Origin: Parasitella parasitica NRRL 2501 | Lineage: Eukaryota; Fungi; Mucoromycota | DNA: 64,000 nucleotides | Assembly: GCA_025201805.1 (NCBI GenBank) | Contig: MU619245.1 | Span: 6,697 to 70,696 of the forward strand | Reading direction: 5' to 3' | Shown here: piece after piece, positions 12,560 to 27,139 of the stretch | Numbering within the stretch: position 1 is the first letter of the stretch | How the letters are laid out: every line of letters begins with the position of its first letter | The notes under the pieces: model-generated | What the model was told of the DNA's origin: nothing | Databases searched by the model: none | The model's input: only the letters and a program-made list of their open reading frames with translations | Position numbers and translations under genes: made by a program

Positions 12560-14730
12560 GCTCGATTTACGGTTATTTCATGCAAGGTGTATCGCATAAT
12601 AACATAATGGGTATCAAAATTAGCAATAATCCGAGGATTTAATAGTAAAACGAACGGTATCCTTGTTTCTTCTTAATATCACGAAGAGATTCATGAAATA
12701 AGAAAAAACTAGACTATGGAGCAAAACCGATTGAACTATCGCAACGAACATGTCAGGGATATACTACTTTAACAGCCTTAGCGAGACATATGTAGCTATC
12801 AAGGCCATGATAGTATCAGACTTTTTATATGATCAAAAAGACTACATACCAATGATAGTGTGGATCGACCGTAGATGTTAACTATTGTTGCAATTGTAGG
12901 TGTAGTAGGTTGATGCTACAGATCTTGAGATAAGTGAATGCTCGCTAGTAAATATCGACCGCCATGGATACCTTCAGAAAGGGAATTAATTGTGATAATT
13001 ATAGTATTCCACATGTTGAGTCCAAAGGCTCGATCGGCATTGGAAATGGCTATTAAAGAAGTCTACAGTTTTTTGATCTGAAGCATGAGTTTCTTGTAAA
13101 ACCAAGATGTTGTATCCTAATGATTTGGTACGTCTAATAAAATTTTGTCAAAGTCTTTTGTTATCTAATTTTTTTGAGGCTACGACAATTAAAGGTGGCG
13201 ATTTTAATTGTATATTGGATTATATTCATAATTATTGTGGTGATTGAGGTTGATGGATGTTGACTCCATGGCTGTGTTCATTCGTCTTCACATTCAAATT
13301 ATTGCTTAATTGCTGTCGTATTTGCTCAGCAGAAGCCGCCGCCTGCTATCTAGTCAAGTTGAATTCATGAGCACCATCATATTTACCAACCTTTTGCATA
13401 GGACATCTAATATCCAACTCGGGAGAGGAAGAACAAAGTGTAGGCGACTTATATTTATTATAATCCTTCGAGATAGACTGCAATGCATCAGAATCATTAA
13501 CAGACAGAGATCCTGGACTCTCTTTCATATTAGTATTCTCCTCAATGCAGGACCCATTAAGTGATGGCCTTCAAAGTTTATCGACACGAAGCCTGAATTA
13601 TTACCGCTTCCTGATCCAAGACCAGAAGTACGATCTTGCTCACCCGCAGACGAAGACACGGGAGCGTCATTATTGCCTTGTTTATCAGTTTTCTTTTGTC
13701 CCTGAAAATTCTGATATCCTTTATGGGATTTTGATGGTACAGAAGATGTGTCAACTGCAAGAATTTTGTTGGAAGCTGAATCAATTGATCCATTACGGCT
13801 ACAGTTTCGCATTACATGATTGGCTTCTTACAATGGTATCATAGCAACGAACCCACTGTTTATTAATCAGGGCAGTGGTGGGTACTTTGATATATTGCGA
13901 TAAAATTCGGGCATCTTGTCGCATTGCAGTAATACTTCTCTTTGATCCTCATCTCTAGGATCCCAAATAATGGCTTCAGCAAGAGATTCCAAATGTTTGT
14001 GACCAGGACTGATGGAGCCATAAGCATGTGGCTCCTGACATTCATTATCTGGAGTATTCGTAAGAGTGAGGTTGAGAGTGGCATACCCTTCGCCTTGAAA
14101 GATGCCATCATTTTTGGAAATACCATGGTCCAAAACATCGCCGAAGCATGACAAGCGCTTGGCTATTTCTGCTTTCAACTCCATAGCAGGAAAAAAGGGA
14201 CGATTGTGGCGTCCGCAGGATATGAGGGAAACCCCTTTGCAAAAGCACCATCTTCGAGTGTAATTCCTTCATCAATCAGAGTCTGACGACCTGGACTGTT
14301 CAATAGCCACATTGTTTCCAAGAAATCGTGGCCGAGATAGGTATGCGTTTGCTTACGAGAGCTAAGAAAACCTTCATGGTGTTCCTTAGCCTCTGCTATC
14401 ACGTTAAATTTGAGTATGGCTTTTTTAAGCAATGTGCGATCTTTGACATGAGTCTGATCAATGAGAACTGAGTCTAGTTACATTCCTTTAACAAAAGGAC
14501 AAATAACTGCAATAGGAGATGGAGGAACAGTGCCGTTGATTGCATTTTACGTAAACTTTTCCTCAGTAATAGGTCGAGTAACAAGAGTGGGATTTATGAA
14601 AACAATAGATTGCTTTTTTGTTGTTGTTATTATCTTTCTTTTTGGATCTAACAACATGAGTCCACAGCTTTGGAGGTCTATTGATGAGATTCTCAGTTTG
14701 CCTTTGTTTTATATTTTCTGTCATGGAATG
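12560..14730 (-). mobile_element. Decayed non-LTR retrotransposon (LINE, L1/Tx1-like): ORF1 gag plus the APE endonuclease start of ORF2, 3'-truncated
   Basis: ORF1 fragments GFPSYPADATIV, FGDVLDHGI..FQGEGYATLNL and MPEF(Y)R...HCPD (decayed zinc knuckle). Then KIATFNCRSL (13205-13176) and ILVLQETH (13108-13085), the APE endonuclease N-terminal motifs. Many frameshifts. Confidence 0.8.
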
Positions 14731-16272
14731 ATAAATAATTTAAAAATGACAATGAATATGGTTATGAGCTTATAAAATAGCACTCGACAGCCAAGATTTT
14801 TTGGATGTGTCGTGTAAAAAATGAAATACGAAATTACACTATTTTCAGAACCAGATGTTGAAACTTGTCTGGGCTCTTTGTAGCCTTGTTTCATTTAGGC
14901 CACATCTTCATCTTCGCATGAAACGGTTATATACATGCTACTCCCGCCGAAGGAAGTAAGAGGACACATTGGTTTAGCTATGTGTCTTATATTTGATATA
15001 TCATTATTAAATGAAGCGCACAATAAAGGGCTCACTTCTTATTATTCCATCATTTCCAACATTAAATTGGCAAGTATTATAGTGAAGAATTAGCTAGCTC
15101 ATTTAACAATATATGATTCGTCATTAGGTTGTTAGACGACAAAATTTACGTTAGCCATATTATACACTTCGTTTAACCTATTCCGCAACTGTTTCTTTTC
15201 CTCCTGTGAAATCCATTTGGTAGGAGCAAAGAGAGAGGGAGACTGGCTTGTGGTGCATACATGGTGCTCTGCTGTAAAAAAAAAATTTAATTAATGTACT
15301 TGAGATAATGCAAACTGTAGGATGGAGGGGCTAATGTGCATCTGGACAAGCAGTGTTTCCGTCTTCTTAAAAAGGTTAACCTTTCTGGCTTTCCTTGTGT
15401 ATAAACGTCATTTTCTGCGGCCGTTTTTATAGTAACTGATAAGCCTGCTTCAATTTCTAGGCAGTATTCGACGTTTGCATGTATAATTAGACTTGTAGCG
15501 TCAAGCTGCCTTATGCAACAATAGCCAAATTGTAATTCTTAAGTATACATTTATGATTACAATTTTATATGTCATTGAAAAAAGAACATGATACAAACAT
15601 GATCAGGTGCGTCAGTATGTTACATTTATAGAACAATTCTCAGTTTAGAGCTTGCTAGATATAGTTTTGCTGATGATGAATAATGGTATCAATCAGAATG
15701 CAGGGTGCTTCATTGTCGTGTATGATTTCATGTGACAAAGAGGGAATTGACTGGTCAAACCAAAACATGTACGGCAAAAGAATTTTTTTAAGGAAGATTT
15801 TCTTTCTGCATTTTGTGCATATAAAAAATGATCTACATACAAAGCATACTAGACCACTACGCTGCTTAGCACGTTATGGAAGCATCATAGACTCTGCAAT
15901 GAGACCTTTAATGTGTATAATGCTGAATTTACACTCAGTGAATCTTGGCTCAATTCTTCCCGTTGTTTGGATACAGTGAACTTTAGATCAAACTGTTACA
16001 CCTTTTTCTCACGCAAATCAAGGACAGAAGCCTGTACCACATCAGAATCTACCTTACTAGATGCAGAGTTTCCGTCAACTGTGGAAGCGGACTTCTCGGA
16101 CTTGGATTTAGCATATATCTTACTTTCCATAAAAGATAATCAGACCCCACAAAAAAACAAATAAGATAGCGCAGACATGAATAATTTTAGGCTAAAAAAA
16201 GTGTATATAAAGACATGTATGTTCTTAACACTGTTTCCCTCTTCCTTCTTCTCTGTCTTTTCCTAACAAATA

Positions 16273-17830
16273 ATGTCGAATCCTGCTTCAATTCGTCACC
16301 CACCTGCCATTAATCAAGAAAAGAGCCAATTTAGTATTGCGTCGGCATCGATACATCAAACTAACAAAGAAGTTGTCATTCCACACCAAGAGGACTATGG
16401 AAGTCGGAGAAATTCAGAGGTGATATATGACAATGAGAAGGCAATAAGCAGCGGCAGCATCGAAGAAGAGCAGATCGAGCATGTACCTGAAGGGACTGCT
16501 TCGCCAGGAAAGGCCCTCTTCATGCTCTTAAAAGCGTTTGTTGGTACTGGCGTTATTTTCCTCCCTGGATCGTAGGTACTTTGTCGGTTTTCTTTTGTAT
16601 ATTTACTGAGCATGGTATAAAATAGATTTGTTTCGGGTGGTCTAGTCTTTTCAATATGTCTCATGGTGTTTATTGCTTCCATTTGTCTCGTAGCATTCCA
16701 AATCCTCGTCAAAGCACAGCAAGCCATAGGCGGGTCTTACGGCGATGTAGCGAGAGCGCTTTATGGAAATTGGCTTCGTTACATTATCCAATTTTTCTTG
16801 TGTCTGTCACAAATGGGATTTGTAGCCTCATATCTTATTTTTATTTCTGAGAATATTGGCCTAGTGGCAGGCACACTGTCAAATTGTTCATCAGGCCTAG
16901 AACCCAAATACTATATTTGGATCGTCTTGGTTGCTATTATTCCCATTACTTGGGTTAGAAAGATCGCCAAATTGTCCTACTTGGCCATCATTGCCGATAC
17001 ATTCATCTTGTTTGGCCTTATTTGTGTTGTGTACTATACTTCAAGCGAAATTGCTCAAAAAGGCCCGGGACCAAATATTAAGATGATTAATGCTTCTGAT
17101 TTCGCATTAATGATTGGTACCGCAGTTTTCAGTTTTGAAGGTATTATTCCATTCATGTCTATCAATGTAATCGAGATAACTAAAATTGTGATGTGTATAT
17201 TCAGGAATCGGAATGGTTGTGCCCATCGTTGAAGGTATGAAAGAGCCTCAAAAGTTCAGCCGTGTTCTTAATGTGGGTATGCTCATATGCACTGTCATCT
17301 TTATTTTCATTGGAACTATTGGTTACGTTGCCTATGGTGAAAACACCCAAGCCAGTGTTGTCGCCAATATGCCTAGAGAAGCACTCTCAGTCACCGTTCA
17401 ATTGTTGTATTCGATTGCCATGATTTTGACCTCGCCCTTCATGTTGTATCCTCCTTTGACTATCATTGAAAGAGGCATCTTTGGTACTCACAAGAGTGGC
17501 AGTGTTAGTTTGCGTTACAAATGGCTGAAGAACTTGACAAGATCGCTCATTCCTATTGTATGCGCTGCTGTTAGTTTTGGCGTTGGTTCTTCGGGCCTTA
17601 ACAAGTTTGTTGCCCTTGTCGGCTCACTTGCTTGCATGCCCTTATGCTTCATCTTTCCTGGCATGTTTCATTACAAGGTCGCCAAGAGCAAGCGGGCCAA
17701 ATTCTTTGATGTTGTTCTCGTTTTGTGGGGGTGGGGAATAATGATCTATACCATGTACGTCAATGTCAACTCTTGGATTCATCCCTCTACTGGTGGTGCT
17801 GCTGCTGCTACCGAGTGTGTTCCCATGTAA
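16273..17830 (+). CDS. AAAP/Aa_trans family amino-acid transporter (Avt3/Avt4-like), 3 exons
   Basis: KALFMLLKAFVGTGVIFLP, SYGDVA, GTAVFSFEGIGMVVPI, FVALVGSLACMPLCFIFP; multiple TM segments. Confidence 0.92.
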
Positions 17831-18672
17831 CATATAAAAATTGTATTCATATTGTAGTTCTCGTTTTTTTATCGCTCATTAATTCACAAATTTTCCATAT
17901 ATACATACAAAATAAAGCCTTGATGGCAAAAGAATTCTGAAATCTTTCAAGCATGTTTAGTGTCGAAATTTTGCTGAAGTTGAAGCTTAGGCGTATTAGG
18001 CTTAAATTTTTCTACAAAATGCGTTGATATTTTAAAGAGATGTAAATTAGTGAGATTCATAGACAGAACATTCAGTTAAACCTGAGCAGCATATATTTTG
18101 TTAACTTGAGGAAGCATAATATCTCTAACATTTGTTCAAATTGCTATTTCTGAAAGGAGGTTTCCATGACAAAATCGTTTAAAGAGATTACCCAATGATT
18201 TGGTGCATAGAAAAGCTTTCTGACAAAACTTCAAGCTCTTAAATCCATGTGATGTATTAAAGATGATCACGTAATAAATTATTACGATATGTCTAACGTA
18301 TGACATACAGAAACGGGTATTTGACAATGATGTAGAAAAAAAAAATCGACCATCAATGTAAACGCTTATTTGACAACTTTCTTATCTTGTACAGCTAATA
18401 AAAGCGGCAAAATCATGATCATCGGCAACTGTTGTCCTTTATTGATCAACAACAAATACGATTTGTTTAAGAATGTACAAATTGTAAATACAAATATTGC
18501 TACCTCACTGTGTAGAGTTTCTCGTTGCTCATTATACGGTTTGCATTAAGCTGTCAAAGTTGTACCGAACGTCTGACGTTCAAAATCAACACGCTCTTGA
18601 AAAAAATCATTTGGTGTTTCAAGCGCGCTCGTCTTTCATCAGCCTGTTCATCTTGGAAAGTTTAAACGTAAA

Positions 18673-21600
18673 ATGAGTACTTCAACATCTGCTATCGAGG
18701 ATCTACCCGATCTTGGTAAATATGACTATAAAAAATAATTAGACACACTCCAAAACTAATTGCAAATAGAAAAACCCGAACAACAAACATTTGTCAAATT
18801 TTTCAGGGCTTTGGATACCGTAGGTTTACAGCGTTTTATAACGTTTTGACAGCTTTTGTTACATACACAGAATCCTCACTAAACTATTTGCGCACAGACA
18901 GAAGAGGGAACTCTCAGACTATTTGAAAGAGAAGCTAATGGATCTGTTTACTATACTTTTCATGGTGAAGATGCTGAATATGTAGCCAAAAATGTGTATG
19001 AAACGACGTCTGTCCTCAAGTTCTGGTTTGGTAAGAGTTGACAACACAGCGACAAACACTGAATAATAACCGATAAATCCAATTGTAGGTGATCACATTA
19101 CAGGCCTTGCAACTACAAAATTGACAAACAAGGCTGCAGAGTCATTTTTGAGAGATGTGTTGTTAAACAAGCAGTTGAGGATAGAAATTTGGAAATACAA
19201 CAGGAATGAATGGCAAGTTATTCGCAAAGCGTCACCAGGAAATCTGCAGGACGTAGAGGATTTTCTTTTCTCCAGTACACAAATGACTTCTGCTCCTGTA
19301 GTCATTGCTATCAAATATGGCATTTCGGGAGACAACAAGGTTGGGTTTGACGTGTATACAATATGAAATGCAATACTCAAAACATGTATACATAGCTTGT
19401 AGGCGTTTCGTTTGCGGATACAACAATTCGTCAATTAGGCGTCAGTCAATTTGTAGATAATGAATTGTATTCCAATTTAGAATCATTGATCATTCAATTG
19501 GGCGTGAAAGAGTGCTTGCTTCTTGGTGGAGGAAGAGAGGAAAAGGATATAGATGGACACAAGATTAGAGGAATTTTAAACAGATGCAATGTCATTGCTA
19601 CCGAAAGAAAAAAAAGCGATTATGACAGCAAAAACATTTCGCAAGACTTGAATCGTTTGCTTGAAGGAGACATATCAGTTGAAGCTTTGCGTAAAATCAG
19701 GCAGACGAACACATGCAATCTTTTTTATTAACTTTTTCCTCGATTATAGCTGAATACGAAATGAAGGGTGCCATGGCGTCTTGTGCTTGTATTGTCAAGT
19801 ATTTACAGCTATTGGAGGACGAAGAAAATTACAGCAAATACACCTTGAAGCACCATGATCTTTCCCAATATATGAGGTTGGATGGGCCTGCATTGAGTGC
19901 ATTAAATCTGATGCCTACTGCTCAAGATGGGCCTACGAAATCGACCAGCTTGTATGGGTTATTGAATAAATGCCAAACTGCACAAGGCAGTCGATTATTT
20001 GCTCAATGGCTGAAGCAGCCTCTCTTGAGTCTGAATGACATCAGTAAGTGATTTAGACATGGATTGGACGTAACAAGTGGATTAATCGTATTTGTAAATA
20101 GACGAGCGTCAGGATATCGTCGAGACATTTTACGATAACACTGAATTAAGACAATCACTTCAAGAGGACCATTTGAAACAAGTTCCTGATTTACACAGGC
20201 TTGGGAAAAAGTTTCAAAAAGGCAACGCCAATCTGCAAGATGTTGTTCGTATTTATCAGGTTGTTATTCGTCTACCAGCCTTGTTGCAGTGTTTGGAGGG
20301 CCAAGAATCTGCTGTTCCCAGATTTGCTGATCTGATTGAAAAAACCTACACAGCAAAAATTAGAGATTATGCAGCACAATTAGCAAAGCTGGAGGAGTTA
20401 GTTGTTACAACGATTGATTTCGAAGCTTTGGAGAATCATGAATATATCATCAAAGCCGAATACAATGAAGAATTGCAAGGTAAGCTAATCTTTATTCGGC
20501 GAATACCCTCAGTAAACTAACAACTAGTTTACAGATCTTCATCAGAAACTAGCTGCACTGACAAAGCAGATGGAAAATGAACATAAAAGAGTGGGTGAAA
20601 AGCTCAACTGGGACATGGAGAAGAAGTTGAAACTTGAAAAGCACAGCTTATACGGTAACTGTTTCCGAGCCATTGGTCGCAACGAAACAGGCAAGCTTCG
20701 TAACAAAAGCGAATATATTGAACTGTCCACACAGAAATCAGGCACTTTTTTTACAACCACCAAACTTCGTTCATTAAGCGAAACTCATAAAGATCTATCC
20801 AACGAATATGAAAATAAGCAGAGAGGCATGGTAAAAGAAATTATCTCTATTGTTGCAACATATTGTCCCGCTCTGGAAGCACTCGGCTCTGTTTTAGCTC
20901 ACATGGATGTCTTGGTCAGCTTTGCTCATGTGTCTGTGATGGCACCCATTCCTTATGTTCGTCCTACCATGCACCCTTGTGGACAAGGTGATGTCGTTCT
21001 TACACAGGCTCGCCATCCTTGTTTAGAAGTCCAAGATTATGTTACTTTTATCCCCAACGACGTGGAGATAGTGAGAGAAACGTCCGAGTTTCAAATAATC
21101 ACAGGCCCCAATATGGGTGGTAAGTCTACTTATATTCGTCAAGTGGGTGTTATTGCCCTTATGGCGCAGATTGGTTGTTTTGTACCATGTATGACAGCCA
21201 AATTATGCATATTCGATTCTATTTTGGCTCGTGTGGGCGCCGGCGACAGTCAATTGAAGGGCGTGTCAACATTTATGGCGGAAATGTTGGAAACATCTAC
21301 TATTTTGAAGGCTGCTTCGCGTAATTCCCTGGTCATTATTGATGAATTGGGAAGAGGCACAAGCACTTATGATGGACTTGGCTTAGCGTGGGCTATTTCA
21401 GAGTGAGTGACAGTATACGAAATTATGAAGAATAACAGGTTAACTTGACGTTTTAGACATATCGCAACTAAAATTCGAGCATTCTGCTTATTTGCAACCC
21501 ATTTTCACGAGCTTACCACATTAAACGAAACTGTAAACCATGTCAAAAATCTTCATGTTGCTGTACATGTCGGTGATAAGCATGATGTGACATTACTGTA

Positions 21601-21988
21601 TCAAGTGAATGAGGGCGTAGGTGATCGTAGTTTCGGCATCCACGTTGCTGAACTGGCAAACTTTCCTCGATCTGTGATTAATCTGGCCAAGCGTAAAGCA
21701 AGTGAGTTGGACGATGAAGCTGACACATTGAGAGGATCAAGCAAGAATGAGCCTCAATCGGTGATTGTAAGTAGACTGGAGCATTATTTATTCATGGGAA
21801 ATAATACCTAATTGTGATCATAGGATGGCAATAAACTTATGCAGCAGATTGTGCGTGAATTAGCGATTGCAAATCAAGCTGGCGAGGATGTAGAGTCCAA
21901 GATTGAATCTATCAAAGCTAAATATGCTCGAGAAATTGAGAACAATTCTTATTTAAAACAAGTATTGATGGATGTCGATACTGAATAA
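18673..21988 (+). CDS. MSH2: DNA mismatch repair protein MutS homolog 2, multi-exon
   Basis: [28 protein letters not shown], Walker [68 protein letters not shown]. Confidence 0.96.
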
Positions 21989-22147
21989 ACGATGTTTGCT
22001 CAATATCTTCTTTAAAGGTACACAAACACAAAATACTAGAGGAATAGAGAGGGATTTGATTTCCGCCTTGTTTTCTGATATAAAATATTTTCTATTAAAT
22101 GAGATTTTATCTCTCTCTTCTTTTCCATTCATCTGTCTTGTCATATA

Positions 22148-22878
22148 ATGTCAAACAGAAAAATTACTTCAACTGTTGGCTTAATATCCAGTTTTGTTGG
22201 TATGGCTGGTTTAGTCTTGTCTATTATTTCGTTAATACCATTAAACAGTTATAATTTATACACAACACTTGATACCCTACAAAAGTTAATCTTGTTTGAG
22301 CAAAAAAGAACAGGCCAGGATGACTGGCACAACATTCAACTGTCCACAAGTGCGAAACTATACTTCATCTTCCTGTCATGTTCATTCATTTCAAGTCTAT
22401 CTATGATAACCACTACTTTTGTCACTTGCTGCCAACATCAAGCTGTTCAGCATACCAGCACAACATCTAAACATCAGCGAACGCTACATAAATCATGGTT
22501 TCTTCGATTCATCTGCTTGGCATTGCTGATACAAATAGCTACATCGATATTTGGTTTGTAACAACATATTGTTCATGTATAGAGTAACTAATCTCACAAA
22601 CCGAAAAAAAAGGCACACATCTCGTTTATAGAATTAAAACTGACGTTCAAGTTATTCCCTTGGAGATTCAACACAACGCTTTCATTACTTGCGCCATTCT
22701 ATGGATAAATTATTTATCAATCATTATATTTTCACTAATCTTGTTGTTTGCCTCCTTTTGTATATTAATCGGCTCTCACAAGCATGCATCAGCAGCTGCA
22801 ACGATATCTCCACCATCTTTACGACGACAAGGAATTCAAGATTTGGATGATGAAACAAGACCTCTGATGACTGTATAG
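22148..22878 (+). CDS. Small multi-pass membrane protein of unknown function, 2 exons
   Basis: About four hydrophobic segments over two ORFs joined by a plausible intron (about 22554-22612). Ends DDETRPLMTV, resembling a dileucine-type sorting signal. Confidence 0.6.
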
Positions 22879-23139
22879 CTTTTTTCCCTTGGCTCCAATT
22901 AGGTTTCCAATGATTTTGGTTAAACAATTCATAAATCGAAATGTCACTTACCCAATAGTATTAAAGGTCAAAATCAAAGATGCAGCGCTCAATTTGTTTA
23001 CTTCCCTTCAAAGAGTATTACCTTCATCAAAAGGCGAGCCCAGGATTTGTTCTCTGTACAAAAAAGATAGTGTTAAATTGTTGAATTGTATGCACTTGGC
23101 AGAGTTGGGGTTAGGTTTTTTATGGGTCGAAACAGGGGA

Positions 23140-26100
23140 AAGTTACTCCAAATAAAAGGCAACCAAGACCAGCGGCACATTGTCTTGAGCATTATTTTTT
23201 CCAAGGTTCTTTTCCATCTCTAGAACTCTGTAACCGTCTTTTGAGGTCGTCTTTTTTCTAGTCGACGAATTTGTAAAAGTCGCCAAGCCGGTATCTTGAT
23301 TGATATGCTTGGAGCCTAAAGTGAGAGCGCGAGGTAGAGTCAAGTGTTCAAAACATCAGCTTCATCTATATCTGAACCATCAGCATTGTCTGCGTCTTTG
23401 GTACCTTCTATAGTAGACACACACGTGTAGAATCAGTTTCTTTTACTACATATATGTGTGTTCAAAGGCATAGAGTTACCTACTCAGGATCTGAACCTAC
23501 TGTACAGCTTCAAGTGAGATGCGAAGCGATCGTAATCAAAAAAACACTGTCTCGGTAGTCTTTAAAATGCCATTATCCGTGCCACTAAACACAGCTGTTG
23601 TTAGATCCATGTCTTCATTCAGCTTGCATTCCTCTACCTTTCTACAGCATCCCTTGCTACCCACAGTGAAGGGCTTAAATGGTATTAGATTTTTCAAATC
23701 ATCCACTAAAGGTTTTCCATATTCATAAATCTCTCGCCGCAGTGACTGAAGCCTCTCCTTTGTATCTCGAATAGCCACCATTAATCCTCTCTTTCGTAAC
23801 TTTACTGTTTCCACATTCTGATAGCGCTCGTATTTTTTTCAACTTTAGTCTTCCAAGTCTTCGTAAGATCAGAAGCTTTGTCACTTTCTTGGGCATTTTT
23901 GACTTTCTCATAACATTGTTTTTGCTCTTCAAAGTTGGTTCTCCAAGCTTTCTTGAGACCACGAACACTGTCGTTGTCTTGAAGAATCTGATACAAATCG
24001 TTTGTGCAATCCCTGAGTGACTTATCCAGCTCCTTCTTCTGAGTCTTCATAGCTCGTAACTGGTCGTCATCGGTATGATGGCTCAGCTTGCTTTTTGTTT
24101 CTGGGTTCTTGCGACTAGACTTGAAATGTCCAATGCTGTCATACAATCTGACAGTCTTCGATCCTGGTAAGATATGTATTCTATGTACAAACTCTATACC
24201 ATAGCTTGATGTCACGTTTTTTAGTTTCTCAATGTTAAAGAAACTGTTAAAGACGGCGTCTTTTTTTGCGTTGCCGTCTTTATGCTTTACGTAATTGCCT
24301 TGAAAGTCTCGAAGATACATCCGTTTTAAAAGTTTGCTCGAGCAGAAAAGTGCATACAGGGTCGTTGTGGCAATAAGAAGTGCGTGCAAAGTAATGGGTC
24401 AGACTATTGGAATAAGTTTAGCAACTTGGCCTTCATAACCGATAGAGCGCAGTACTTGGTTTGCCATCAAGATGAACTTGAGTTGGCATGAAAGGAGATG
24501 ATAAGTCTCGCTTGATGGTATGTATGGCCGAATGAAGCTAGTAATTTTGATGATTGTTGCAGATTCTTGTGTGGTGATGTGTACATCCTGATCTTGGAGG
24601 TATGCGTTTGTGATATCTTGCGTAGCAAACAATGCTGATCTTGCAATGTTGACTAACTGGCTGATTCTTTTTCTAGATACATTGGTATTGTTCCCTTTCT
24701 CGTAGTCCTCTCTATCATCAGTATCGCTTTCTTGACGCCTTCCTTGCTTCTGCTGCTACCGTTGCTGCTACTATCTGGGATTTCTGTCCCTTTCCGCTGC
24801 CACATACATTCCGAGTTATGGCACTATGTCTTCCTTTGAAAACCAGGCGACCCCTACCTCTCTATAAAGCACTTGCTCATCGGAATCGATTCTCATCTGG
24901 CACATGTCTGTTGCCTCATGCTTTCCTTTCTCTTCATACTTGGCTTTTAGCTTCTTTTCATCGGAAAACAGCTTTCGACTTCCATTTCTTGTCTTGTTCA
25001 GGACTGAAATTTCTGCCATTAGGATACTGCAATTTGTCACTCTCTGTTTGCCTTTGTGGTTTTTTCGAAGCTTGGCCGATTCTCTTTCAGTCTTCTTCGC
25101 CTTGGTAGCATGGTCTTGATCGGGAGATAAATGGATCAACAGCAAGAAGTTCAAGAGCTTTCTAAGTAGCTTGTTGACAATAGTATTTTCGGACCATATA
25201 ATACGAAGATTCGTGTAACACTGTTGGCGAGCCATCTTCACAACGTGCGAGGACAGATTTTGTTGTGAGTTGGCTTCATCACGGCCCAAAACGTTTACAA
25301 TTGCCTTGTGGAGAGGCGGCTTTTTAAGGATAGACTCTTCAATACCCACTTGACCATAGTATGTTGAGTGCATTTGTTCCAAGTGGGATTCTAGAAACAG
25401 CGATTGATAGTGAGCATTGAACTCGTCATTCTCGAGAGAGCTGGAATTTAATGGCTTTGGTACAATGAGATCTTCCTCTAAATACCCTTCTGGCAGTATT
25501 GACGCAATGCTGTTTCCACCATCATAGAAAAGTTAGATGTTGCCGGCATTAGATTCAAATGTATACTCAGCAAACAACAGAGCGACTTTGAGAACCTGCT
25601 TGCTGAAGTCAGAGGTATAATTAGATACTTGCTCCATGGTAGCACCGATTTTATTGATGAATAATGATCTGATGTCGTCTTTCAAGTCGTCTCTGAGCAT
25701 TTGACTCAAAGAAATTGAGCATGCGCGAAATTGCTCAGCGTCATCTTGAGTCGCTCCATTTTTGTCTTCATCTTCGCTATCTTCACTGTCTTTATCATCA
25801 TTGCTACCATCATTCTTTTCTAGTAAATCCAAAAGAGACTGGAAGTTCTTTTCCACAAATTATGTCCAGTACTCATAATTCTTCTTTGGACTTCCAGCCT
25901 TTTTATTCTGTGTATACACGGTGCTTAACATTGTTGTGATTTTTCCTGGTCTCTTGATTTTTGCTTCTGCTTCTTGCACTACTCCTTTAGGTATTCTAGT
26001 ACTTTTCAATAAAGAGATATACAGCTCATCATACTCTCCATTTTTCTTTTTGGAATGTAAAATTGAGCGTAGAAGACAGATTCGAAATTGCAACTGCGGG

Positions 26101-26623
26101 GCATTCCAGTAATCCGTTCTCTCTTTGGATGTCTGGACTTTGCTTCGAAGCCCACTGGATGGCTTTAGAAACGAAGCTGGAGGATTGATAATGGTTGGGC
26201 CTGCAACATAACATTCTAACTGTCTTTTTTTGAATTTCATGTTTGGCGGCAGGCGTAAAATAAAGCTAAGAAAAGAAAACCTTCTAGTGCTGGATGGGAT
26301 GTCGTTTTTGCAACCAGTTTTTACCTTTGTTGGTCCGAATTCTCAATTTATCAATCTACTGTATCCTTAGCCTGCCAAGGCAAGCTGTAGCCGCGATTTC
26401 AGAAATTACTGGCTTGTTTTCAATGTTTAGATCATGTCCTGTTGCTGTCTTACTCTTAGTTGTTGGTTTGCTGTTGTAACTGAAAGGATATTGCATTAAC
26501 GGGGAGTTGTGGTGAGAGTTATGCCTAACTTTTTTGTTTATGATTGTTGTTGATTGTATGCTTCATGAAAGTCAATTGGCTGTTCGAGCACTGGTTAGCC
26601 CGCAAGGCTGACTGATCTGGCAT
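23140..26623 (-). pseudogene. Large-type Fanzor1 pseudogene, copy C (over 1000 codons in frameshifted pieces, C-terminus lost)
   Basis: Chain of abutting minus-strand ORFs (26240-23143). RuvC-I-like AVFSGTDNGILKTTETV followed by RFASHLKLYSRF, LPRALTLGSKHI and VAFY. No RuvC-II/III could be recognised downstream. Confidence 0.65.
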
Positions 26624-27139
26624 TTTTTCTTTTTAATCATCAATACCAATAAGGCGTCTTTTGCAACCATAAAAACGAATGACATAGATAATATATTATT
26701 GACAAGATTAAGTGCGAAGAATGGTGGTTGATATGTATTTTTTTTAATAGAATAAATCGAAAATGCGAAGGTTTATACATGATTTCTAACTTCAGGGCTC
26801 TAATAATAAACAAGATTTCCGGTTTGAATCGAATTGTATTGTACTCAAGATAAGATAGTGGCAAGTCAGGACTTAATTTTACTGTCTCAAATGCAGGGAA
26901 GTATTCAGTATCTTTCGATTATAAGTATCATTCACTCACTTGTCTTCTAAATTTGGAAGGTTTTATTTTAATAAAAAAAAATATCAAATTATCAAGAAAC
27001 AGGAAGTAATAAATGAGGAAAGTTGATAATGAATAAATACATTGCTATAATTGAGCGTTAGTAATAGTGCTAAAATCTCCCCTTTTTCAAGTATACTTAC
27101 GCGGGCTAACTGTCGCAAGTTTGATACTCGGATTAATGG

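Noticed and set aside
15400-16164. Possible fifth Fanzor tail (RVLHCRV*..QR..NM) or Rab-like fragment (GCFIVVYD)
   Set aside because: Too degenerate; competing frames and no supporting motifs.
26575-26620. GCAA-tetraloop hairpin suggesting a ribozyme, plus a 10-bp inverted match to 27101-27110
   Set aside because: No hammerhead or HDV core; it overlaps the probable start of Fanzor C, and a 10-bp match can arise by chance.
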